A DNA stretch of 37,749 nt from Betaproteobacteria bacterium (GTDB lineage Bacteria > Pseudomonadota > Gammaproteobacteria > Burkholderiales > SG8-39), in assembly GCA_029858545.1 (NCBI GenBank), contig JAOUFA010000002.1:1-37749 (forward strand). Reading direction: 5' to 3'. The translations under genes and the position numbers were made by a program. The notes under the pieces were generated by a model. The model was given only the letters and a program-made list of their open reading frames with translations, was not told the origin of the DNA and ran no database searches. Below, piece by piece: positions 17,655 through 26,310 of this stretch. Each line of letters begins with the position of its first letter. Positions within the stretch are counted from its first letter, which is position 1.

Positions 17655-17670
17655 CGCAGTATAAACTGCG
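17655..17670. promoter_or_regulatory. Perfect 16-bp palindrome CGCAGT-ATAA-ACTGCG between the SRAP and dinB start codons
   Basis: Read directly from the sequence. It sits in the 37-bp gap between ATG 17651 (minus) and ATG 17689 (plus), and contains TATAAA / TTTATA -10-like hexamers in both orientations. Confidence 0.4.
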
Positions 17671-17688
17671 CGCAGGATCTTCCCGCCG

Positions 17689-18849
17689 ATGCACGCCGAC
17701 GCCCGCTTCATCGCACATGTGGATATGGACGCGTTCTACGCGTCGGTCGAATTGCTGCGCTACCCCGAACTGCGCGGCCGGCCTCTGGTGATCGGCGGTC
17801 GGCGGCGCCCCGCACGCGACGCGGCCGCCGGTACGACAATCCCCACGCTGCGCCAGTACTCGGGCCGCGGCGTGATCACCACCGCCACCTACGAGGCGCG
17901 CGCGCTCGGCGTGCACTCGGGAATGGGCCTGATGAAGGCGGCGCGGCTCGCCCCCGACGCCCTGCTGCTGCCGGCGGACTTCGACGAATACCGGCGCTGC
18001 TCGCGCCTGTTCAAGGAGGCCGTGCGAGCACTCGCGCCGAATATCGAGGATCGCGGCATCGACGAGATCTTTGTCGACCTCGGCGATGTCGTCGCGCCGC
18101 TCGCCGGCGACGATCCCGCCTGGGCACGCACGCGCGAAATCGCGGGCTCGATCCAGCGCGCGGTTCGCGAGGCGACGGGCCTGTCTTGCTCGATCGGCGT
18201 CGCGCCAAACAAGCTCCTCGCGAAGATCGCCTCCGACCTGCAAAAACCCGCCGGGCTGACGATCCTGCGCGAGGCCGACATTCCGGTTCGTCTCTGGCCG
18301 CTGCCCGCGCGCCGCATCACCGGCATCGGCCCCAAGGCCGGCGCGAGGCTCGAGGCGCTCGGACTGCACACGATCGGCCAGCTCGCGCAGGCCGATCCGT
18401 TGCTCCTGATCGAACATTTCGGCGAGCGGCACGGCGTCTGGATGCACGAGGCCGCACAGGGACGCGACGACCGCCCGGTGCTCACCTTCCGCGAGCCCAA
18501 ATCGATCAGCCGCGAGACGACCTTTGAAACCGACCTGCACGCGGTGCGCGATCGCGACCAACTCTCGCGCATCTTTACTGATCTGTGCCTGCGCGTGGCG
18601 GGCGATCTCGAGCGAAACGGTTACGTCGGCCGGACCATCGGCCTGAAGCTGCGCTACGACAACTTCAAGACCGTCACGCGCGACCAGACCCTCGACCAGG
18701 CGACGCGCGACGCGCGCGCGATCCGGCGCGCCGCCGGAGAATGCCTGAAACGGGTGCCGCTCGATCGGCGGATACGACTGCTGGGAGTGCGGGTGGGCGC
18801 GTTGAGCAAGGCGGACGCATCACTTGCGTCGCACTCGCGCACAGTCTAA
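17689..18849 (+). CDS. dinB: DNA polymerase IV (Y-family)
   Basis: FIAHVDMDAFYASVE, the SIGVAPNKLLAKIASD motif, and a length of 386 aa. Confidence 0.93.
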   Translation: MHADARFIAHVDMDAFYASVELLRYPELRGRPLVIGGRRRPARDAAAGTTIPTLRQYSGRGVITTATYEARALGVHSGMGLMKAARLAPDALLLPADFDEYRRCSRLFKEAVRALAPNIEDRGIDEIFVDLGDVVAPLAGDDPAWARTREIAGSIQRAVREATGLSCSIGVAPNKLLAKIASDLQKPAGLTILREADIPVRLWPLPARRITGIGPKAGARLEALGLHTIGQLAQADPLLLIEHFGERHGVWMHEAAQGRDDRPVLTFREPKSISRETTFETDLHAVRDRDQLSRIFTDLCLRVAGDLERNGYVGRTIGLKLRYDNFKTVTRDQTLDQATRDARAIRRAAGECLKRVPLDRRIRLLGVRVGALSKADASLASHSRTV

Positions 18850-18858
18850 TTCCGCTCC

Positions 18859-20016
18859 TCAGTCCTCGGCCAATCTCGGATTGCCCGGCTCTCGCCGCTC
18901 GATCGCCCACTTGAGCAGGGCGGCGCTTCGATAGACGCCGTGCGCGAACTTGCCGTAGGGCAGAGTCAGAAACAAGGCCAATACCGCGGCCAGATGTATC
19001 GAGAGGAGCAGCCCCATCGCGCCGCTTTCGCGCCAGGCCAGCAAAGCGAGCCCGCTGACGCTCACGAGCAGCAGCAGCGCGATGAAGCCGCGCTCGAGCG
19101 GCTGTTGCGCGACATCGCCGTGCGCCGGGTCGCGGCGCAGATTGAGCCACAAGAGCCCCGCGGGCCCGACGACGAGCCCGATGCCGCCCGCCGTTCCCAG
19201 CAATACCGGCAGGCTGCCGAGCGGGTAGGGCGCCGGCAGCCGCAGCGCATAGTGATAAAGCGTCGCGACGCAGGTCGCCGCCAGGCACAGCATGAAACCG
19301 TAGAACGTGAGGTGGTGGAAACGCCGGCGCGCCAGCGTGAACCGGTCGTCGGATTCGTTACAGCCCTTGCCGTGACCGCCGTCGAGGTACTTCAGCCGCA
19401 GCGCGTCGTGAGTCGCTTGCGCAAGCGCCGCGCCGGGAGCGGCCCGCAGCGCATCGGCCGGCGCGACTGCGCGCCAGAATCGCGTCACGCCGATCGCGAG
19501 CGCGAGCGCCGCGAAACCGAACGCGGCGCCAAACGTCAGCGCGAGCGTGCGATGCGGAAAGATCGCATAGAAATTTCCCGCGAGCGGCGCGTGCCACAGC
19601 CCCCCGGTCGTCATCAGCATGAGCACGAGAAATAGCGTCAGAGCGGCAGCGCTCGCCAGCGCCGTCGCAAGACCCGCATGACGATACAGCGATCCGAGCG
19701 CCGCCGGCCAGGCATAGTCCGAGTAGGTCTGCACGCGAACCCTGGCCATCGCCCGCGGAATATTCACCGCGAACTCATGCGGCGGCGCGTACTGGCAGGC
19801 ATGCAGGCAGGCACCGCAGTGATGGCAGAGATTGGCGAGGTAGTGGATGTCCGCCTTGCCGAATTCGAGCCGGCGCGTCATCGCCGGAAACACCGCGCAA
19901 AATCCCTCGCAATAGCGGCAGGCATTGCAGATCTGCATCTGACGGTCAACTTCGGCTTCGTCCGCGCGAAGCGCCGTGGCGCGCGCGTCCCCGGGCTGCG
20001 CTTCAAACGGCTGCAT
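18859..20016 (-). CDS. tcuB: Tricarballylate utilization 4Fe-4S membrane protein
   Basis: [15 protein letters not shown] and [19 protein letters not shown] cluster motifs followed by multiple TM helices. A 14-nt overlap with tcuA. Confidence 0.85.
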   Translation of the reverse strand: MQPFEAQPGDARATALRADEAEVDRQMQICNACRYCEGFCAVFPAMTRRLEFGKADIHYLANLCHHCGACLHACQYAPPHEFAVNIPRAMARVRVQTYSDYAWPAALGSLYRHAGLATALASAAALTLFLVLMLMTTGGLWHAPLAGNFYAIFPHRTLALTFGAAFGFAALALAIGVTRFWRAVAPADALRAAPGAALAQATHDALRLKYLDGGHGKGCNESDDRFTLARRRFHHLTFYGFMLCLAATCVATLYHYALRLPAPYPLGSLPVLLGTAGGIGLVVGPAGLLWLNLRRDPAHGDVAQQPLERGFIALLLLVSVSGLALLAWRESGAMGLLLSIHLAAVLALFLTLPYGKFAHGVYRSAALLKWAIERREPGNPRLAED

Positions 20017-21418
20017 GCGGCGATGCCTGTCGCGCTCGCGGTGCCGCGACGAGCGCCGCCGCGGACCCGGCGATGCGTCCGAATGCGGTACCGATCGACA
20101 TGCCGACGCCCGCGGTATAGCCCTTGCCGAGGATGTTGCCGGCCATTACTTCGCCGGCGGCAAATAGGTTCCGGCTGGGCTTGCCGCCGAAGTGAACCGC
20201 CGCGCGTTCATCGACCTTCAACCCGAGGTAGGTAAAGGTAACCCCCGGGCGCAGCGCGTAGCCGTAGTACGGCGCGGTGTCGATCGGCCGCGCCCAATGG
20301 GTCTTGGGCGGGGTAAGCCCCTCGGTGCGGCAATCATCGAGCACCGCGTGGTCGAAACTCCCGGCACGGCAGGCGGCGTTGAAATCGGCGACGGTCCGCA
20401 GCATCGCCGCCTCATCGAGCCCCAGCCCGCGTGCAAGTTCTCCGAGCGTTTTCGCCTTCACGCCCGGAAACACCGGCGGCATGAAACGTCCGACCGCCTT
20501 GCTGTCGATGATCGAATAGCCGATCTGCCCGGGCTGACGCGCCACCAGCCGGCCCCAGATCGCATAGCGCTTGGGCCAGAAGTCCTCGCCCTCGTCGTAG
20601 AAGCGCTCGGCATTGCGATTGAGCACGATGCCGAGCGATACGCAGTCCACGCGCGTGCAGATGCCGCCGTCGTAGAGCGGCGCGCGCGCGTCGATCGCCA
20701 CCATGTGCGCCTGCGCCGGATCGCCGACCGCATCGGCTCCCGCGCCGATCAACTGGCGCAGCAACACCCCCTGGTTGAACCGGGTGCCGCGGATGAGAAA
20801 GTTGTCGGCGGGCCATTCGCCATTCACCTCCCCCCAGGCTTCGCGCAACCAGGCACGGTTCGATTCGAAGCCGCCGGCGGCCACCACGCAGGCGCGCGCC
20901 TCGATGCGTTCCGCGCCGATCCGCGCGGCGACAAAGCGCCCGTCGTCCAATTCGAGTGAATCGACCGGCGCGTCGTAGCGGATTCGCACGCCGAGGTCCT
21001 CGGCGCTGCGGTAGTAGGCATTGACGAGCGCCTTGCCGCCGCCCATGAAGAAGGCGTTGGTACGCGCCAGATGCAGCGTGCCCGAGAGCGGCGGCTGGAA
21101 ATTCACCCCATGGCGGCGCATCCAGCCGCGGCAGATGGACGAGGCGCGAATCGCGATGCGCGCGAGTCGCTCGTCGGTGACGCCGCTCGTGACCTTCAAC
21201 AGATCCTGCCAGAACTCCTCCTCCGGGTAGGCCTCGACCAGCACGTCCTGCGGCGCGTCGTGCATGCAGCGCAGGTTGCGCGTATGCGCCGAATTGCCAC
21301 CGCGCCACGCGCGCGGTGCGGCTTCCAGGAGCAGCACGCTCGCCCCCGCCTCGCGCGCCATCAGCGCGGCGCACAGCGCGGCATTGCCGCCGCCGATGAC
21401 CAGCACGTCGTGTTTCAT
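20003..21418 (-). CDS. tcuA: FAD-dependent tricarballylate dehydrogenase
   Basis: ORF 20003..21475. Plausible start is ATG 21418 ([32 protein letters not shown]). Fumarate-reductase/succinate-dehydrogenase-type flavoprotein paired with tcuB. Confidence 0.85.
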   Translation of the reverse strand: MKHDVLVIGGGNAALCAALMAREAGASVLLLEAAPRAWRGGNSAHTRNLRCMHDAPQDVLVEAYPEEEFWQDLLKVTSGVTDERLARIAIRASSICRGWMRRHGVNFQPPLSGTLHLARTNAFFMGGGKALVNAYYRSAEDLGVRIRYDAPVDSLELDDGRFVAARIGAERIEARACVVAAGGFESNRAWLREAWGEVNGEWPADNFLIRGTRFNQGVLLRQLIGAGADAVGDPAQAHMVAIDARAPLYDGGICTRVDCVSLGIVLNRNAERFYDEGEDFWPKRYAIWGRLVARQPGQIGYSIIDSKAVGRFMPPVFPGVKAKTLGELARGLGLDEAAMLRTVADFNAACRAGSFDHAVLDDCRTEGLTPPKTHWARPIDTAPYYGYALRPGVTFTYLGLKVDERAAVHFGGKPSRNLFAAGEVMAGNILGKGYTAGVGMSIGTAFGRIAGSAAALVAAPRARQASPHAAV

Positions 21419-21487
21419 GGGCTCACGTCGCCGCGATCGCGCCTCCTCACCGCGTTCGCGCGGCGCCTCGCGCACTCGCTCTTCACG

Positions 21488-22207
21488 CTACCGGAAGTCC
21501 CAGGTCGCCTGCTCCTGGCGGCAGGCGATGCCCTTGATGTTCTGGCTCTTGCCGTCCTTGCCCGCGACCGCGACGTCGAGCGCCCGGCACGGCAGGCCGC
21601 CGTCGATCGCGTCGTGTCCCACCGTCACGCGATAGCGGTCGCCGCTTTCCGCATTCGACCACGCCGCGGACCTTCCCTTGCGCACGAGTTCGAGCGCCTG
21701 CCCCAGGCAGGCGCGATCGCCGTCCTTCATCGCAACGCCGAACTTCTCGCCCGGATTGAAGAGCGCCACCGCGCGCGCGCCGCCCGTCGCCGCGAGCGCC
21801 TGAACGGGATCGCAGTGACCGCCCACCACGCCGTAGTCCCTGCCCCAGGGCGCGCCGGTGTAGCCGACGTAACGCGCAGGCTGCGCCGGGCCCGGTGCCG
21901 GCTTGGACTCGGGCTGCGGCGGCACCGCGGCACCCGCCTGGCTGGACGGCACGGGCTCGGCAGCGGGCTGCACCGGTTCCGCCTTGGCGGGGATCTCCTC
22001 GGCCGGGACGGTCGGTGCGATCACCGGTGTCACCACCGGAGTCACGACTTCCTCGGTCGCGGGTTTCGCGGCTGCCTCGACCACGGGTTCCACGGGCGCG
22101 CTCGAGCATCCCGCCACGCCGAGCGCGACGACGACGAGCGCAAGAATACCGCGCCCCCTCAACAGGATAGCTCCATTCACCGGCTCCCTATGCGATTGAC
22201 CCTGCAT
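21488..22207 (-). CDS. Lipoprotein with Pro/Ala/Val/Glu-rich linker and C-terminal surface-antigen-like (COG4520-type) domain
   Basis: ORF 21488..22396. Start is ATG 22207 (or 22213), just after AAAGGGGG. Lipobox VAG-C. The C-terminal PCRALDVAVAGKDGKSQNIKGIACRQEQATWDF resembles the C-R-x-F...G-x-A-C-R-Q...W motif of 17-kDa surface-antigen-type proteins. Confidence 0.7.
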   Translation of the reverse strand: MQGQSHREPVNGAILLRGRGILALVVVALGVAGCSSAPVEPVVEAAAKPATEEVVTPVVTPVIAPTVPAEEIPAKAEPVQPAAEPVPSSQAGAAVPPQPESKPAPGPAQPARYVGYTGAPWGRDYGVVGGHCDPVQALAATGGARAVALFNPGEKFGVAMKDGDRACLGQALELVRKGRSAAWSNAESGDRYRVTVGHDAIDGGLPCRALDVAVAGKDGKSQNIKGIACRQEQATWDFR

Positions 22208-22222
22208 GGCCATCCCCCTTTC

Positions 22223-22246
22223 TTGGTTGCTTGGTTGCTTGGTTGC
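22223..22246. repeat. Octamer tandem repeat (TTGGTTGC)x3 in the lipoprotein 5' leader
   Basis: Three exact copies at 22223-22230, 22231-22238 and 22239-22246. On the minus strand they read CAACCAAG x3 (preceded by one more G), about 10 nt upstream of the SD. Confidence 0.85.
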
Positions 22247-22483
22247 TTTGAGCGTGATGCGCGAAGCATAGCGCACAACGCGCGCAGGGCCTTCCGCAGA
22301 CGCTGCGGACTCGCAGTGCCGCGGCGAGGCGTTGCGCTGCGCGAACGGGTACAGGCAGGCCGACCAGCGCAGAATTCGACTCGCCATGATTGACAAGCCA
22401 AAACGATAGGGCTACGTTCCTCCGCGCGCCGTGGCGTGCAAGCCGCCGGCGCCGAACAGTCGTCGACAAGAACCAAGCACCAC

Positions 22484-22497
22484 ATCTCCCGGGAGAT
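22484..22497. promoter_or_regulatory. 14-bp perfect palindrome ATCTCCCGGGAGAT upstream of the S8 protease gene
   Basis: Read directly from the sequence. It overlaps a second palindrome, GGAGATCTCC, and ends about 40 nt upstream of ATG 22538. Confidence 0.3.
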
Positions 22498-22537
22498 CTC
22501 CACACACCTGCAGCAGGACCATAAGGAGCAAGCCATC

Positions 22538-24739
22538 ATGCGACAGACATTGCAACGGATGTTCGCGATAGCCGGCCTTTTGATCACCTCGATTCTGCTT
22601 TCGACGACCGCCGGGGCAGCGGGCGTCAACGGCAACAACGCCAGCGACCAAACGACCGATCGTGCGCGCGTCGACACCGGGTACGCGCTGGTGCAGTTGA
22701 ACGGCGAGCCGCTCGCCACCTACGTCAAGACCAAGCCCCCGCGCGGCAAGAAGATCGATTTCAGCAGCGCGACGGTGAAGTCCTACCGCGCTCAGTTGCA
22801 GGCGCTGCGCAACGACTTCAAGTCCTGGCTGCGCGGCAACGCTCCCCGCGCCAAGGTTAGCGGGGAATTCGACCTGTCGCTCAACGCGGTCTCGCTGCAG
22901 TTGAACGGCGTACCGCTCGCCACCATCGCCGCTGCGCCGATGGTGCTGCGCGCCGAATATCACGGCCTCTACTATCCAAACGTCGCCGATCCCGATCTCG
23001 CACTGATCGGCGCGCCGCAGGCCTGGAATCTGGGCGGCGGCGCGGCGCTGGCCGGCGCCGGCGTCAAGGTCGCGATCGTCGATACCGGCATCGATGCAAG
23101 CCATCCCTGCTTCGGCGACGCCGGCTACCCGGCGCAATCGCAAGCCGGCGACACCCGCTACACCAATAACAAGGTGATCGCGGCGAAGGTCTTCAACAAC
23201 AAGTCGCCCAGCCGCCACTACACGGCCGAGGCGCTCCAGGAACACGGCACGCACGTTGCCGGCACCGTCGCCTGCAACGACGGCACGCCGGCCTCCGTGA
23301 ACGGCGTCGCGATTTCCCATCCGATCTCCGGCGTCGCGCCGCGCGCGCTGCTCGGCAACTACAACGTGTTTCCCGGTGACGTCACCAGCGCCCGCTCGGA
23401 GGACATCCTCAATGCGCTGGAAGCCGCCTACCTGGACGGCTTCGACGTCGCCAATATGAGCCTCGGTGGCGGCGCATCGGGCATCCAGGATCTGCTCACC
23501 ATCGCGGTCGACAATCTGGATCAGGCCAACATGGTGGTCGCGGTCGCGGCGGGCAACAGCGGGCCCGGTCACTACACGATCGAGTCGCCCGGCTCGGCCG
23601 CGCGCGCGCTGACCGCCGGCGCCGCCACCGTCGGGCACTACCTCGGCGCGCCGGTCGCCGTGAGCGGCAGCACCTACGGTGCGACGGTCGGCAGCTTCGC
23701 GACCGTTAGTGCCGACCTGGCGGGCATCCTCGGGGTGGTCACCGAAGGCGCGCTGGTCAACGGCATCGGCAACGCCTGCGCGGCGCTGACCCCGGGCAGC
23801 CTGCTCGGCCAGGTCGCGCTCATCTCGCGCGGCACCTGCACCTTCTCGACCAAGATCCGCAACGCGCAGAACGCCGGCGCCGCCGCGGTGCTGGTGGCGA
23901 ACAACGTCGCGGGCGACGGCATCGCGATGGGCCAGGACGGCACGCCGTCCCAGCCGACGGTCGCGGCGTACATGCTGTCGCGCTCCGACGGTCTGGCGGT
24001 GAAAGCGAACAACGGCGCGGCGACCACCATCGCGGCGGCAATGCAGTATTTCGTCTCGGGCAACGACGACTTCATGGCCGGCTTCAGCAGCCAGGGTCCG
24101 ACGGACGTCGACTTCCGCGTCAAACCCGACGTGGTCGCGCCAGGCGTGAACGTGCTGAGTTCGATCCCGCACCAGTTCTGCGCGGCGCCGCCCTGCTTCG
24201 CGTTCTTCCAGGGCACCTCGATGGCCACGCCGCACCTGGCCGGCTCGGCGGCGGTGGTCCGCTGGCTGCACCCGGACTGGTCTGCGGCGCAGGTCCGCTC
24301 GGCGATCGTCAACACCGCGGCGCAGGGCGTCCTGAAGCAATCCACCAGCATCGCGCTGCAGCGCGACGTCAACGTCATCGGCGCGGGCCGCGAGGATCTA
24401 CTCTCGGCGGCGGGCGCGCAGGTCGCGCTCGACCCGGTGAGCATCAGCTTCGGCGCGATTCCTTCGGGTTCGGGACAGACGCGAAGCACGAGCGTGACGC
24501 TGACCAACCTCACCGGCAGCCCGCAGACCTTCGACGTAAGCGTCGGGGCGGGCGACGCGAGCGTCGCCTACTCGGTCGCGCCTGCATTCGTGACCCTGCT
24601 TGCGGGTGAATCAGGCGTGATCACGCTCACCATGAGAGCGCAAATGGGCGCCGGAGAGGGCAATCACCAGGCAACGCTGACGCTGCGCAGCGGCGGCGCG
24701 GAAGTCGCGCACGCGGCGGTCTACACCTTCATCAAGTAG
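22538..24739 (+). CDS. Secreted subtilisin-like serine protease (S8) with I9 propeptide and PA domain
   Basis: ORF 22436..24739. ATG 22538 follows TAAGGAG. Signal peptide MRQTLQRMFAIAGLLITSILLSTTAGAAG. Catalytic triad motifs VDTGID, HGTHVAG and GTSMATPH. A PA-type insert (ALISRGTCTFSTKIRNAQNAGAAAVLVANN). Confidence 0.92.
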   Translation: MRQTLQRMFAIAGLLITSILLSTTAGAAGVNGNNASDQTTDRARVDTGYALVQLNGEPLATYVKTKPPRGKKIDFSSATVKSYRAQLQALRNDFKSWLRGNAPRAKVSGEFDLSLNAVSLQLNGVPLATIAAAPMVLRAEYHGLYYPNVADPDLALIGAPQAWNLGGGAALAGAGVKVAIVDTGIDASHPCFGDAGYPAQSQAGDTRYTNNKVIAAKVFNNKSPSRHYTAEALQEHGTHVAGTVACNDGTPASVNGVAISHPISGVAPRALLGNYNVFPGDVTSARSEDILNALEAAYLDGFDVANMSLGGGASGIQDLLTIAVDNLDQANMVVAVAAGNSGPGHYTIESPGSAARALTAGAATVGHYLGAPVAVSGSTYGATVGSFATVSADLAGILGVVTEGALVNGIGNACAALTPGSLLGQVALISRGTCTFSTKIRNAQNAGAAAVLVANNVAGDGIAMGQDGTPSQPTVAAYMLSRSDGLAVKANNGAATTIAAAMQYFVSGNDDFMAGFSSQGPTDVDFRVKPDVVAPGVNVLSSIPHQFCAAPPCFAFFQGTSMATPHLAGSAAVVRWLHPDWSAAQVRSAIVNTAAQGVLKQSTSIALQRDVNVIGAGREDLLSAAGAQVALDPVSISFGAIPSGSGQTRSTSVTLTNLTGSPQTFDVSVGAGDASVAYSVAPAFVTLLAGESGVITLTMRAQMGAGEGNHQATLTLRSGGAEVAHAAVYTFIK

Positions 24740-24752
24740 CCGGCGGGACGAC

Positions 24753-24778
24753 GATGCGAGCGCCGCGGCGCTCGCATC
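24753..24778. terminator. 26-nt perfect palindrome between convergent genes (possible bidirectional terminator hairpin)
   Basis: gatgcgagcgccg / cggcgctcgcatc. No clear U-tract on either side. Confidence 0.35.
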
Positions 24779-24793
24779 CTTGCGGTGCGGATC

Positions 24794-25666
24794 TCAGCGC
24801 GGCTTGACGAACTTGAGCACGAACTCGTCCTTCGGCTGCGGCGGCCCGGGCAAGTTGCGGTCGCGCGGATCGGAGGGGTTGCGCAGGAACCGGCCTTCGT
24901 CGGCGAGCCCGAACCCGGCGGCTTCGACCTCTTTGCGAAGGAAGGCTTCTTCGATGCGATGCAAAGTCCCCGACTCGGAGATGCCGGTGCCGGGCCGCCC
25001 CGAGTGGTCGGCGATGACGTAGAGGCCACCGGGCTTCAGCGCGGCGAACACCGCGCGGTTCATCTGATCCCGGTCGACGTTCATGTGGCCGAGGTCGTGG
25101 TAGTTGAACATCAGCGTGACGAGATCGAGCCCGTTCGAAGCGAACTCGGCCGGCACCGGCTGCTCGAATCGCTGCACCACTGCGAAAATGTTGCCCGCGG
25201 CCGGGTTCTTCGCGCGCTCGGCGAGCGACTGCGGCGACGTAGGGCGCGGCGCCGCGGAGAGAACGCTGCCTCCCTCGGGCGCCGCCGGTTTGGGCGCCAC
25301 CCGGCTCGGATCGCGCGCCGCGCTCTGCCCGTACACGCGTCCGGCCGGCCCGACCGCGCGCGCGAGCAACTCGGCCGTATAACCGCCCCCGGCACTCAAG
25401 TCGAGCACCACCATGCCGGGGCGCACGCCGATGAAGGCGAGCATCTGCTCGGGCTTGCGGCGCAGGTCGTTCCGGCGGTCGGCCTCGCGGCGATCGGGGC
25501 TCGCGACGATTTCGGCGATGCGCGTTTGCGAAAGGACTTCCGTCGCCGGGGAGTCCTTGGCGGTGCTGCCGGGGTTCGAGCAGGCGCCGAGGAGCAGCGC
25601 CATCGCGAGCAGTGCCCCCGAACAATCTCCATGGCGGAGTTCGGCGCGAAGAATTGCGATTGTCAT
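24794..25666 (-). CDS. Class I SAM-dependent methyltransferase with lipoprotein signal peptide
   Basis: Signal peptide and lipobox ALLAMALLLGAC. Motif I VLDLSAGGGYTAELLA. SD GGAG lies 5 nt upstream of the ATG. Confidence 0.85.
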   Translation of the reverse strand: MTIAILRAELRHGDCSGALLAMALLLGACSNPGSTAKDSPATEVLSQTRIAEIVASPDRREADRRNDLRRKPEQMLAFIGVRPGMVVLDLSAGGGYTAELLARAVGPAGRVYGQSAARDPSRVAPKPAAPEGGSVLSAAPRPTSPQSLAERAKNPAAGNIFAVVQRFEQPVPAEFASNGLDLVTLMFNYHDLGHMNVDRDQMNRAVFAALKPGGLYVIADHSGRPGTGISESGTLHRIEEAFLRKEVEAAGFGLADEGRFLRNPSDPRDRNLPGPPQPKDEFVLKFVKPR

Positions 25667-25684
25667 GCTGGCTCCGTCATTTCG

Positions 25685-25700
25685 TGATCTTCGAAGATCA
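25685..25700. promoter_or_regulatory. 16-bp perfect palindrome TGATCTTCGAAGATCA upstream of the methyltransferase start
   Basis: Read directly from the sequence, 19 nt upstream of ATG 25666 and just downstream of the truncated toxin stop. Confidence 0.3.
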
Positions 25701-25711
25701 TACTAATCAAT

Positions 25712-25879
25712 TTACCGTTCGCCGAGCGGGTGCCAGGCGTCAGGAAACTTCCGGATCCGTTCGATTGCCGCGACTGCCTCCAGCAGAAAGGCATCGCCCA
25801 AACCGGGGACCTGGGCGTTGTAGTAGGAGGCGGCGTCGTCGAGCTCGCGCTGAGCGACTTCGAGAACGCGGACGTTCAC
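25712..25879 (-). pseudogene. Truncated ParE/RelE-family toxin (55 codons, C-terminal half missing)
   Basis: The GTG at 25879 overlaps the antitoxin stop (GTGA). VNVRVLEVAQRELDDAASYYNAQVPGLGDAFLLEAVAAIERIRKFPDAWHPLGER-stop matches the N-terminal half of roughly 95-100-aa ParE/RelE toxins. The RFPY...H..R C-terminal half is absent in every frame. Confidence 0.6.
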
Positions 25880-26097
25880 TGCCCGCGATACTTCGCCAGC
25901 ACCTGTTCCAGGGGAATCGCCTTGATGTCGCCGCGGCGGTAAGCCGCGAGACGGTCCTCGGCCTCCTTTGCCCAGAGCCGGTCGATACTCGCGTCGGGCT
26001 CATCGAGGCTCGCCAGAATTTCATCCACGAGTTTCAGACGCTCCGAAGGCGAGAGCTTGCGCGCCTGCATGCTCAGGGTCTTGGTCGCCTCGGACAT
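25876..26097 (-). CDS. Addiction-module antitoxin (TIGR02574-type component)
   Basis: ORF 25876..26133. ATG 26097 lies 8 nt after GGAGG. LSPSERLKLVDEILASLDEPD...WAKEAEDRLAAYRRGDIKAIP is the family signature. Confidence 0.8.
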   Translation of the reverse strand: MSEATKTLSMQARKLSPSERLKLVDEILASLDEPDASIDRLWAKEAEDRLAAYRRGDIKAIPLEQVLAKYRGQ

Positions 26098-26112
26098 CGA
26101 TGGGGCCTCCGA

Positions 26113-26125
26113 AATTGCTGCAATT
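26113..26125. promoter_or_regulatory. Palindrome AATTGC-T-GCAATT upstream of the antitoxin (candidate autoregulatory operator)
   Basis: Read directly from the sequence, 16-28 nt upstream of the antitoxin ATG. Confidence 0.35.
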
Positions 26126-26310
26126 GAAAACAAAGAGCCAACCTGAGCACTCTATTACCGGAAGTTGCGTTTATCAAGATTTGCCGTCCACCGCGCTGAG
26201 CGCGGAATAGGTCGCCGATTTGCTGTAGATTGCGCCCTCCGCACAGAGGTCTGTGTCCTGGCAGTTCCCCCCGTGGTCCCGGCGCGCCCGAGCGGCGCAA
26301 AAGAGCAGCC

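Noticed and set aside
17600-17720. A canonical LexA/SOS box (CTGT-N8-ACAG) upstream of dinB and SRAP.
   Set aside because: I could not find one by eye. Only the CAGT-N4-ACTG palindrome is present, and it is reported as an uncertain operator instead.
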